DNA of 64,000 nt, from NCBI GenBank assembly GCA_023717525.1, contig JAMQPK010000235.1:28427-92426 (forward strand), given 5' to 3'. Positions within the stretch are counted from its first letter, which is position 1. The number at the start of each line of letters is the position of its first letter. The notes below the pieces were generated by a model, which searched no databases, was not told the DNA's origin, and saw only the letters and a program-made list of their open reading frames with translations. Below are positions 1 to 7,927 of this stretch, one piece after another. A program made the position numbers and the translations under genes. The DNA comes from Vicinamibacterales bacterium. Lineage in GTDB: Bacteria; Acidobacteriota; Vicinamibacteria; Vicinamibacterales; JAMQPK01.

Positions 1-654
1 ATTCTGCTGGAACGAGCGCATCTCCATTCCACCGCCGCGGTACTCGATCTTGGGTGTGGCAACGGTTCCATCGCACGACCATTGACGCGGTACCTGCAAC
101 GCCCCGGTCGATATGAGGGGATCGACGTCAACGCGAATTCCATTGAATGGCTCAAGCAGCGCTACGCGAACGTACCGAACTTCGCATTTTCCCACGTGGA
201 CGTTGCGAACACCTGGTACAACCCCGGCGGTACGACGTCGCCGGAGCACTTCGCACTGCCGTTCGAGAGCTCGACCTTCGATATCGTTCTGCTGAAGTCA
301 GTGTTCACGCACATGCTACCCGTGGCCCTGCCGCCCTACATGCGCGAAATCAGCCGCGTCCTCAAGAAGGGCGGGCGCTCGGTGATCACATACTTTCTTC
401 TGAACGAGGAATCACGAAGGCTGATCGAGCAGGGCGCAGACGCCTTCCAGTTGGGCCAGACTCCTGCGGCCGATTCATCCCATCGGATTGCGAAGCCTGA
501 TGCCCCAGAGTTCGTGGTTGCTCACGATGAGGGTCGGATCCGCAGCTACTACGCCGAAACCGGGTGCAGCATTCTCAATGTGGAGTTTGGCAACTGGAGT
601 GGCCGGTCTTCGACTCTCGGTCATCAGGATCTGGTGATCGCCGAGAAGAGGTAG
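1..654 (+). CDS. class I SAM-dependent methyltransferase (5' end runs off the window)
   Basis: Frame open from nt 1. Nt 40-66 translate to VLDLGCGNG (SAM-binding motif I). ORF-track entry 82..654 is the same frame from an internal TTG. Confidence 0.8.
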   Translation: MLLERAHLHSTAAVLDLGCGNGSIARPLTRYLQRPGRYEGIDVNANSIEWLKQRYANVPNFAFSHVDVANTWYNPGGTTSPEHFALPFESSTFDIVLLKSVFTHMLPVALPPYMREISRVLKKGGRSVITYFLLNEESRRLIEQGADAFQLGQTPAADSSHRIAKPDAPEFVVAHDEGRIRSYYAETGCSILNVEFGNWSGRSSTLGHQDLVIAEKR

Positions 655-659
655 AGCTG

Positions 660-1907
660 CTAGCGCTCGAGCACTCTCACCTCGAACATCTGCCTGGTGC
701 CATCCTTCGCGAGGGCGGGAAACGCAAATCGATCGCCGTCTCGATTCCAGCAGGGCGCCGGATCGATCCGCAAATCGCCGCCGGTATAGGTGCCGCGGCT
801 GAAATCCGCCGTATGGAACGACGCGCGGTCGGTGCGTCGAACAATCGTGTAGTGCATGGTGGCTCCGGTGGTGGCGCCGTTCACGATCCACTTGCCGTCG
901 CGCGAAAGCGCCGTATCGCCTTCCGGGTCTCGAAAGACTTCCGGGCCGCCAATGGTCTCGACGATCTGCTGCGCCACGGCGTCGTAGAGAATCAGCTTCT
1001 TCTCGACGGCGCCGAGCATGCGCGATTTGAAATCCCACTCCGGGTGTCCGCCGATGAAGACGCGCTGCTCGGTCAGTTCCGAGCCGTCGGGCTTGACCGT
1101 CATCGGCACGTTGATTCTCGTTTTGGGGTCGTCAAAGTTCGCCCGCACGAAAAAGAAGATGCGATCCCCTTCACGATTCCACAGCGTGTGGTTCAGGAAA
1201 AGCGCCTTGTCGACGATCGTTGGGTGAGTCGCCACGAGGGCGTCGCGCATCTGCTTGAACGAGGCAATCAATTTGCGGGTGCCCGTCGCCGCGTCGACCA
1301 CGAACAAGCCGTCATCCAGAGGATCATTGACGCCGACCGTCCAGTCCCAGGCGCCCGGATAACCGGTGACGGGACGGAGCCGCGCCATCCGCGCGTAGTT
1401 GATTTCGGTAAACGCGCCGCCGTCCTGCCTGACACCACCGTTGGCGGCGGGCCGGTCGTCGAAGTGAAACTCCCGCACGCGTTTCCGTTCGAAGATGTCG
1501 TAGAGGGCAGTGAACACCTTGTTCGTGCTTGGATCGCGATCATTGAAGAAGAACTGCCGGGACGGCTTCTCCGGATTCCAATACATCATCGCGCCTTGCT
1601 GGGGATTCCATCCGCGCGTCTCAGTCAGTTTCGTTTCCGCATAGCCGTTCCCGGCGTCGAGCAGCACGATATCGGCGGCGTCGCCTGGTGTGGGCATGTG
1701 GTCCTGAAACGTTGTCCGCAGCGCGATCAGATACTTGCCGTCAGCGTTGTAGGGCGAGTTGCCGACGTGCCCGATGTAGCCGTAGAAATGGTGTGCCGGA
1801 CCGCTTGTGAGCTGGCGCACCTCGTACTTGAGCTGCGCGCGCGACGCAGAGCCCGTGGAGGCAACCAGACAAAGGACCTTGGCCAGCCGATACATAAGAA
1901 GTTTCAT
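660..1907 (-). CDS. secreted beta-propeller protein (TolB / oligogalacturonate-lyase-like fold, function unknown)
   Basis: ORF-track 660..1964. Start moved to ATG 1907, which gives a signal peptide MKLLMYRLAKVLCLVASTGSASRA. Strand-rich repeats and the C-terminal ...CWNRDGDRFAF... pattern resemble this propeller class (fold-level call only). Confidence 0.6.
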   Translation of the reverse strand: MKLLMYRLAKVLCLVASTGSASRAQLKYEVRQLTSGPAHHFYGYIGHVGNSPYNADGKYLIALRTTFQDHMPTPGDAADIVLLDAGNGYAETKLTETRGWNPQQGAMMYWNPEKPSRQFFFNDRDPSTNKVFTALYDIFERKRVREFHFDDRPAANGGVRQDGGAFTEINYARMARLRPVTGYPGAWDWTVGVNDPLDDGLFVVDAATGTRKLIASFKQMRDALVATHPTIVDKALFLNHTLWNREGDRIFFFVRANFDDPKTRINVPMTVKPDGSELTEQRVFIGGHPEWDFKSRMLGAVEKKLILYDAVAQQIVETIGGPEVFRDPEGDTALSRDGKWIVNGATTGATMHYTIVRRTDRASFHTADFSRGTYTGGDLRIDPAPCWNRDGDRFAFPALAKDGTRQMFEVRVLER

Positions 1908-1933
1908 CGTCAGTAGCTCAGGAACTGTGCCTA

Positions 1934-3199
1934 TCAGCGCAGCACGGCCATTCCCATCCACCACAACGGCTTTCGAGCCGACGGGATGTCGTAGCGACGC
2001 ACGAACGAGAGCCGTCCGTCGGTCCCGATGCGGAACACCGCCAGGTTCGCCGCCATCGCTTCCGCCCCCTCGCGTGCCTCCACGGTGGTCTGGTTGCCGA
2101 CGATGAGCACGCGGCCACTTGGATCGATCGAGAAGGTGCGAGGGGTAACGCCGTGCGAGTCAAAGTTTGCAATCAGTGTCGGCTCTCCGGTGCCCTGGTT
2201 GATCCGGAACAGCGCGATGTCGTTGCTGCCATGATTCGCCGCTGCGTTGCCGTTGCGGTTACCCACGTAGATGAATTGGCCGTTCGGGTGAACATGGACG
2301 GTGCTCGTAGCCTGGCCCGCCGATTCGCCGCCGCCATTGGCAAGCGTGCTCTTGCTGAAGAGCGGCGCGGTGCTCAGAGCGTCGTTCTTGATCCCGTACA
2401 CCTGAAGCATGTTCTGCGACTCGAGCGTCAGGAATGCCCACCGACGCGTCGGATGAAAATCGAGATGCCGGGACCTGAACCCAATCCCGTTCGACGGCGC
2501 GATTGAGGCGACCATCGTCAGCTTCCCATCATCGTAGCGAAACTGCTTGAGGGCGCCAGGGTCTTCTTTCGTCGTGCTCGTGGGCTGGTTCCCTCGCGTA
2601 ACCAGGATCACCGCCTTGTTGTCCGGCAGCACGCGTACTTGATGCGGATAGACCCCGACATCAAGATCGGCACGCTGAGGGACCTCTGCGCCAATCGTTC
2701 CGTCGTTGTTGATCGCGTGGACGGACACACCGCTCTGCTCGTTGTAGGCGACGAGCAGATGTCTGCTCCGAATGTCTCCGGTAATGTAGACCGGACGCGC
2801 GCGCAAAGCTGCGGGCGTCCCGTGGGCGCTCAAGGCGCCCGTCGACGGATCGATGCGAAACGCGGTCACGCCGTGCTTGTCGCCGATCGGCTTGACGCCA
2901 GAATTGGCGTAGCTTCCGCCCCCGTTGCTCCACGCGATGTAGATATACGGAGTAGACGGCGATACCCACGCCTCTTGCACAAAACCTGGCATCATCAGGG
3001 TCGCCTGTTTCGTCAGTGTGGCACTTTCGACATCGACGCGGTACGCGCTCAACTCCTCGCCAACGCTCGCATAAACCATGACTTTCGCCGGATTGGCGTC
3101 AGCGAGGACGCTGACGATCGTCGCAATCGTCACGATTCCGACCGCGATGCATACGGACCAGATGTGTCGATAGTGAATGCCTTTCTTTCTGTTGTGCAT
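1934..3199 (-). CDS. lactonase-family 7-bladed beta-propeller protein (6-phosphogluconolactonase / carboxymuconate-cyclase-like), membrane anchored
   Basis: 421-aa ORF with an AGGGGG RBS upstream of ATG 3199 and an N-terminal hydrophobic anchor IWSVCIAVGIVTIATIVSVLA. Family call from overall sequence pattern, from memory. Confidence 0.65.
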   Translation of the reverse strand: MHNRKKGIHYRHIWSVCIAVGIVTIATIVSVLADANPAKVMVYASVGEELSAYRVDVESATLTKQATLMMPGFVQEAWVSPSTPYIYIAWSNGGGSYANSGVKPIGDKHGVTAFRIDPSTGALSAHGTPAALRARPVYITGDIRSRHLLVAYNEQSGVSVHAINNDGTIGAEVPQRADLDVGVYPHQVRVLPDNKAVILVTRGNQPTSTTKEDPGALKQFRYDDGKLTMVASIAPSNGIGFRSRHLDFHPTRRWAFLTLESQNMLQVYGIKNDALSTAPLFSKSTLANGGGESAGQATSTVHVHPNGQFIYVGNRNGNAAANHGSNDIALFRINQGTGEPTLIANFDSHGVTPRTFSIDPSGRVLIVGNQTTVEAREGAEAMAANLAVFRIGTDGRLSFVRRYDIPSARKPLWWMGMAVLR

Positions 3200-3317
3200 C
3201 TCGCCCCCTTTTTAGCTGCTGCGAGAGTATAAAGCCGCTTTCTGGCGAACGGCGACCGCAGAGCCTGCGCGCGACTCCGACCACAAGTCGTGCGACATGC
3301 GATACTTACCCCTCGAC

Positions 3318-3403
3318 GCCGGGGTGGCGGAACTGGCAGACGCACAGGACTTAAAATCCTGGGTCCCGCGAGGGGCGTGTGGGTTCGATTCCCGCCCCCG
3401 GCA
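3318..3403 (+). tRNA. tRNA-Leu, anticodon TAA (UAA), type II with long variable arm
   Basis: Hand-folded cloverleaf: acceptor GCCGGGG/CCCCGGC, D stem GCG/CGC, anticodon stem CAGGA/TCCTG with loop CTTAAAA, long variable arm, T stem GTGGG/CCCGC with TTCGATT loop, discriminator A. CCA is not encoded; a T-run follows. Confidence 0.92.
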
Positions 3404-3432
3404 CTTTTTCACAGCAAATGAGCTGACCCGAT

Positions 3433-3900
3433 CTAAACCACGATGATATCGAAGTGGTGAACGTCTTCCTTCCGGCCCAGTGATTCGTACAGTTTGATGG
3501 CGGGCAAGTCGTCGCGGTCAGCCTGAACGTAGATCACGTAAACCTGCCGCGCCGTGGCGATGGCCTTCAGGGCGCCAATCAACCCCGTGGCGACACCCTT
3601 CCGGCGGTGTCCTTCCGCCACCGCCAAATCGTAGATGTAGATCTCGCGTCTGTCCTGCTCGAACTTGTCGAGCTGATAGGCGGCCAGGCCGCCGACCACG
3701 TCTTCACCCTGGCGTGCGACAAGGGCAATGAAATGCTGCTTGGCGAGGAGCGATCGGAGATAATCATTTCCCGGAACGGCGCCCTGGTAGGTGTGGACGT
3801 CTTCGAAGGCCTCCCCGAAAACCCTCAGCAGGTTTTTCAGAAGACCAACGTCAGATGGCGCCAGCTGCTTGACCTCGTAGCTCATCGGTTCTCGCTCCAT
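3433..3900 (-). CDS. GNAT acetyltransferase, AAC(3)-I-like aminoglycoside 3-N-acetyltransferase family
   Basis: Segments [38 protein letters not shown]...[10 protein letters not shown]...VYVIYVQAD match my memory of AAC(3)-Ia ([38 protein letters not shown]...). Alternative start ATG 3885 has a GGAG RBS. Confidence 0.75.
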   Translation of the reverse strand: [155 protein letters not shown]

Positions 3901-3981
3901 TTTCTGATTTCCCAGATGGCGTATACAAGCTGTCCCCCTAGCGGCTAGAATCCTCTAGCCCGAGAGGGGGGAGGACACAGG

Positions 3982-4983
3982 ATGATGAGCTTGAAACGGA
4001 ACGTGTCGATAGCAGTGTTTGTTGTGGTGGCGGCCATCTTCGCGTTCAGCAGGCCGGTCGAAACGCAACAGCCACCGGTTGCGCCCTCGGCGCCGCATTT
4101 TCACCACATTCAACTGAACTCAGTGAACCCGGCAGCGGCCATCGACTACTACCTGAAGGCGATTCCCGGGACAACCAAGGAAAAGATTGCCGGGTTCGAT
4201 GCCGTGAAGACGAACAACATCTACATGTTGTTCAACAAAGTCAACACGCCGCCGTCGACCTCAGACACGGTGATCTGGCATTTCGGGTGGATTTTGCTGG
4301 ACTCCCGGCAGGAACTGGACCGCTTCAAAACGATGGGGCTGAAGACGATTCAGATGTACACCGATGACGCTGGTGGCCCGATGATCGACATCACCAGCGA
4401 CACGTTCCCTGGCACTCTCACGAAAACACAGCTTGCCGACGCCAGGGCGAAGGGCGTGCAGCCCACTCGCATGGCCGGCTATCAGTACCTTTTGGGGCCG
4501 GACGGCGCAGTGTGGGAGAACAACGGCAACGGACCGGTGCGTTTCGATCACCTCCACCTGTACCACGAGAATCCGGTGTGCGCTCAGGAGTGGTACATCA
4601 CGCATCTCGGTACGATTCGGCCTCCAATGCGGGGTGGCGGTCCCTCTCCGGTTCCGACGGGCGACTGCAAGATTGCGTACGGCGAACCCAGCTGGCCTGC
4701 GCCGGTGAAGCAGGGCTTCGTGCGTCAGCCAGGCGGCCGCACGCTCGTCGACGATGTCGGGTTTTACATCCTGCCGAAGCAGGGCTCAGCTCCGCTCGCG
4801 CCCACGCGGGGATCGGTTGTCGATCATATGGGGCTCAGCGTCTCGGATCTGGCGGCAACGGTTACGCGCTTGAAGAGCGAGGGCGTGAAATTCATCGAAG
4901 AGATACATCCGTGGGGCACCAGCCGCGCAGCGATGATCGAAGGACCCGATAGCGTGGCGATCGAGCTTGTCGAGGTGAAATAG
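3982..4983 (+). CDS. secreted VOC (glyoxalase/bleomycin-resistance/dioxygenase) family protein
   Basis: Signal peptide, then HFHHIQLNSVNP... and a C-terminal VVDHMGLSVSDLAATVTRLKSEGVKFIEE...IELVE module typical of VOC domains. Confidence 0.7.
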   Translation: MMSLKRNVSIAVFVVVAAIFAFSRPVETQQPPVAPSAPHFHHIQLNSVNPAAAIDYYLKAIPGTTKEKIAGFDAVKTNNIYMLFNKVNTPPSTSDTVIWHFGWILLDSRQELDRFKTMGLKTIQMYTDDAGGPMIDITSDTFPGTLTKTQLADARAKGVQPTRMAGYQYLLGPDGAVWENNGNGPVRFDHLHLYHENPVCAQEWYITHLGTIRPPMRGGGPSPVPTGDCKIAYGEPSWPAPVKQGFVRQPGGRTLVDDVGFYILPKQGSAPLAPTRGSVVDHMGLSVSDLAATVTRLKSEGVKFIEEIHPWGTSRAAMIEGPDSVAIELVEVK

Positions 4984-5909
4984 TGAATCGACGGGAGTTT
5001 CTCGGGTCGACACTAGCTGCTGTGGCCGTCGCACGGCTCGGTGCGCAGGACAGGCCGGCGGCCCTTTGGGGCGGGCCGGTGCTCGACATCCATCTGCACC
5101 TCCGCCAGAACATCGATTCCGACTTCGATCACATCGAAGGGTGCGGCGTCGCGAAAGCCGTTCTCCTGACCAACGTGAACGCGCAAGACCGAGCGAAGGC
5201 GGCGATGGCCAAGTACTCGCGCCGCTTCGTTCGTTTCGCTTCTGTTGATGTGACGCAGCCTGGCGCGGTGGATTTGCTGACGGCGGCCGTGAAAGACGGA
5301 GCGCTTGGTTTTGGCGAGATCAAATCGCAGGTGGAGGCCGACGGCCCGGAGATGCGGCGCCTCTATGCCGCTGCGGCAGAGCTCGGCGTGCCCCTCACCA
5401 TCCACTTTCAGGAGTACGCACAGCCCAATAGCCCGGGAACATTCAACCGCGGGCTCAAGCGATTCGACGCAATGTTGAAGGCATACCCGAAGACGACGTT
5501 CATCGGCCACGCCGATGCGTTCTGGGCCAACGTCAGCGCCGACTACGCGAACGATACCGCCTATCCGATAGGGCGCATCGTGCCAGGCGGCGTCACAGAC
5601 AAGCTCCTGACTGCGTACCCAAATCTCTATGCCGACATGTCGGCGAACTCCTGCAACAACTTCCTGAACCGCGATCCAGAGTTTGCGGCCACCTTTCTCT
5701 TGCGGCATCAGAACAAGCTGATGTTCGGCAGCGACTGCGGTTGTCTCGATGGTCGCGGCGGCACGGCGCCCGGTGCGCCGGCTTCGCGGCTCGCGGGCAA
5801 GTGCGTCGCACGGGAAACGCTCACAGTGCTGAAAAAGCTGGCGCCTGCGAACGTCTTCAAAAAGATTACGTGGGAAAACGGGATGACGCTGCTGAAGATT
5901 CCGGTCTGA
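4983..5909 (+). CDS. Tat-exported amidohydrolase-family metal-dependent hydrolase (TIM barrel)
   Basis: GTG start overlaps the upstream TAG by 1 nt. Twin-arginine signal MNRREFLGSTLAAVAVA. DIHLHL metal motif and ...MFGSDCG... near the C-terminus. Confidence 0.75.
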   Translation: MNRREFLGSTLAAVAVARLGAQDRPAALWGGPVLDIHLHLRQNIDSDFDHIEGCGVAKAVLLTNVNAQDRAKAAMAKYSRRFVRFASVDVTQPGAVDLLTAAVKDGALGFGEIKSQVEADGPEMRRLYAAAAELGVPLTIHFQEYAQPNSPGTFNRGLKRFDAMLKAYPKTTFIGHADAFWANVSADYANDTAYPIGRIVPGGVTDKLLTAYPNLYADMSANSCNNFLNRDPEFAATFLLRHQNKLMFGSDCGCLDGRGGTAPGAPASRLAGKCVARETLTVLKKLAPANVFKKITWENGMTLLKIPV

Positions 5910-5916
5910 GCCCGGA

Positions 5917-6195
5917 TCAGAAATGCAGCATCGGTTTGGGGCGTTCCCACCAGGACCACCCGGACGTTTCAAGCGTCACGCGCTCGTCATCCAGCCATTC
6001 CAAGGCGGTCCGCCAGTTCTTGAAGTCGCGCGCCTTCACCGGCACGCCGCTGATGAACCATACAGCTGATGCTTTGGCCCGACTCGGAAGGATGAGGGCA
6101 TGGGCCGTCCGGCCATCAATATGCCGAAGACGCCACATCACCGTGGGTTCGCTGTACGTGGGGGAGCGCTGAGTCACCGCGCCAGGTGTAAGCAA
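5917..6195 (-). CDS. small hypothetical protein
   Basis: 92-aa ORF, mostly G/C-ending codons. An internal ATG at 6138 (MWRLRHIDG...) is an alternative start. No recognisable motif. Confidence 0.4.
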   Translation of the reverse strand: MLTPGAVTQRSPTYSEPTVMWRLRHIDGRTAHALILPSRAKASAVWFISGVPVKARDFKNWRTALEWLDDERVTLETSGWSWWERPKPMLHF

Positions 6196-6299
6196 CAGGG
6201 GTACCGAGCGAAACCTCGCAATCGGCGGAGGAACGCAGCGACGGAAATGTCGGGAGACAGCCCTGTGGCGGAGCTTAGGTACCGGAAAGGAAGACTTCT

Positions 6300-6662
6300 A
6301 TGCTCTGGGATCTCTACCAGCAATATCGAATTGGACAACTGGACCGGAAGCTCGACCGCGTCCAGGACGCCTCGAATCAGGACTCGGTCGCCCGCGACGC
6401 ATTGGCTCGGCTGGAAGAAAAACTGGACCGGCTCGCGCTGATCAACCGTGCGATGTTCGAGCTGCTTCGGGAATCAGCAGGGATGTCCGAAGAGCGCTTG
6501 AGCGCCAAAGTCCTCGAGATTGACCTGCGAGATGGTCAGGCAGACGGTAAGGCCGCCCCGGAGCCCAAACGCTGCCCAAAATGCGAGGCGATGATCTCGC
6601 CGAGGTTCGGGCGATGCCTCTTCTGCGGCTACCAGGACACCGCCGTCGCGTCGTTCACCTGA
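6300..6662 (+). CDS. hypothetical protein, coiled-coil N-terminus plus C-terminal zinc ribbon
   Basis: 120-aa ORF. CPKC-x11-CLFC four-cysteine ribbon at the C-terminus. AAGGAAG RBS-like run before the ATG. Confidence 0.55.
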   Translation: MLWDLYQQYRIGQLDRKLDRVQDASNQDSVARDALARLEEKLDRLALINRAMFELLRESAGMSEERLSAKVLEIDLRDGQADGKAAPEPKRCPKCEAMISPRFGRCLFCGYQDTAVASFT

Positions 6663-6882
6663 GGGACCGCTGATCGGCGTCGGTCGCCGCCTGTAACCTG
6701 GCGCGCCATCCCGCCCAGAACGCGCTGCGCGGCGTAAGCCGCGCCAATGTCCCCGGCGGACGATTCAGCCAATCCGTATCGCGCCGCCCGCCACGCCATC
6801 CACACCGCCGCTCGGGCTTGCTCCGGCGCTCAACAACCACGACCTGCGGGGCATCGTCGGTCAAGAATGCACGGTTCGTCAT
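6655..6882 (-). CDS. small Arg-rich hypothetical protein (ERR/GGRR motifs)
   Basis: 75-aa ORF containing VVVVERRSKPERRCGWRGGRRDTDW. Shares the motif logic of the neighbouring ORF 6940..7191. Overlaps the convergent gene end by 8 nt. Confidence 0.35.
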   Translation of the reverse strand: MTNRAFLTDDAPQVVVVERRSKPERRCGWRGGRRDTDWLNRPPGTLARLTPRSAFWAGWRARLQAATDADQRSLR

Positions 6883-6939
6883 GACCGATGTATCGGGCGG
6901 TCGGTGGAATCTGTGCAGCCCCGTGCCGGGGTGTGCGGT

Positions 6940-7191
6940 TCAACGGTCCGAGGAGTCGATGTCTGGAAAATCCACGACGGTGTAGCCGTGCAGTTGCCAG
7001 TCGCGCGTGGGTGGTTTCCGTCGCTCTTCCATGCGGCGCTCGGCCCGCACGTCAATGGGGCGAGACTTCGCGCGCCGGTCTTCGCCGCGGCGGCGATCCC
7101 AGCGCACGTCGACATCGCTCACCGCGATCAGGCTGTCGATGAGCACGCTGTAGGTGGAAAACTCACCCCGCCGTACATAAATGACGCGCAT
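6940..7191 (-). CDS. small Arg-rich hypothetical protein (DRR/ERR repeats)
   Basis: Start taken at ATG 7191 (MRVIYVRRGEF...) inside ORF-track 6940..7425. Codons are almost all G/C-ending. Contains VRWDRRRGEDRRAKSRPIDVRAERRMEERRKPPTRDW. Confidence 0.5.
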   Translation of the reverse strand: MRVIYVRRGEFSTYSVLIDSLIAVSDVDVRWDRRRGEDRRAKSRPIDVRAERRMEERRKPPTRDWQLHGYTVVDFPDIDSSDR

Positions 7192-7339
7192 TTTGCGACC
7201 CAGCGCCGTCAGTGTATCGTCAGAGCAGGCCGCCCGAAAAGAACTATTGCCTGGGCAGGTTTCGGTTGTGCCTGCGCGGAGGCTTCCGGTATGCTTTTCG
7301 TTCCGGCGTTGGTTCACTTTCTCTAAGGAGCAGTTGGTG

Positions 7340-7834
7340 ATGAAGAAGGTATTCGCTCTTCTGGTTCTGGCCGCGTGCGCGCTGCCGGTTGTCGCTGGCG
7401 CGCAGAGCGCGACGGATCCAGCCAAGATGGTTCAGATTTTTTCGAATGCGCTGAAAACTGACGGTGCCACGCTCCAGGTGGTTCTGCTGAACGACCGCAC
7501 GGTCGAGGCGCTGTTTGGCCAGTCGCCCGCGAAAGCCGCGCTGCGAACCAAAGGGCGGATGACCACGGTGTTCTTCATTTCCGGCACCGTCACGAAGGAA
7601 TTCGAGTTCGATCCAACCTTGAAGGTCGAGCAGAAGGGCAAGACGTTCGACGGGAAGGCGTCGAGCATGAAGAACTTCACCGCCGGAAAAATTGCGAAGG
7701 GCGAACAGATTCAAGGGATGGTGGAGTTGCCTGAGAAGCTGGATCTCTACGAGCCGTTCAAGGTGACGCTGTCCGGGAAGAGCGTGGAGTTCCGGCTCGG
7801 CGAGGACGACGTGAGGGATTACGGGAATCGGTAG
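7340..7834 (+). CDS. secreted hypothetical protein
   Basis: ATG 7340 is preceded by an AAGGAG RBS (7325-7330). Signal peptide MKKVFALLVLAACALPVVAGA. The longer ORF-track start 7181 lacks both. Confidence 0.7.
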   Translation: MKKVFALLVLAACALPVVAGAQSATDPAKMVQIFSNALKTDGATLQVVLLNDRTVEALFGQSPAKAALRTKGRMTTVFFISGTVTKEFEFDPTLKVEQKGKTFDGKASSMKNFTAGKIAKGEQIQGMVELPEKLDLYEPFKVTLSGKSVEFRLGEDDVRDYGNR

Positions 7835-7886
7835 ATTTGAAATGTAAAATCTGAAATTTCAAATTTCAGATTTCAGAGTTCCAGAT
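7835..7886. repeat. AT-rich 7-bp periodic micro-repeat hairpin (TCTGAAA/TTTCAGA family)
   Basis: TTTGAAA/TCTGAAA words are followed by their complements. Perfect 12-bp stem AAATCTGAAATT (7847-7858) / AATTTCAGATTT (7862-7873) with a 3-nt loop. Confidence 0.8.
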
Positions 7887-7890
7887 TGAC

Positions 7891-7926
7891 GAGGGCCGGG
7901 AGGAATTCTTCCCGGCCCTCTTTTTT
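7891..7926 (+). terminator. rho-independent terminator between convergent genes
   Basis: 10-bp GC stem GAGGGCCGGG (7891-7900) / CCCGGCCCTC (7911-7920), followed by TTTTTT (7921-7926). Confidence 0.7.
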
Positions 7927-7927
7927 G

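Noticed and set aside
564-1916. 450-aa ORF on the + strand
   Set aside because: It is antisense to the 660..1907 gene, which has a signal peptide and propeller-like sequence. The + strand translation is Arg/His/Gly-rich with no motifs, a typical shadow ORF of a GC-rich gene.
3404-7834. tRNA-Leu-associated genomic island (AAC(3)-like gene, VOC, amidohydrolase and small orphan ORFs downstream of the tRNA)
   Set aside because: No integrase, excisionase or transposase is present. I could not find a direct repeat of the tRNA 3' end by eye. The composition of the larger genes looks native. A computational search for an attR copy of the tRNA 3' end would be needed to revive the idea.
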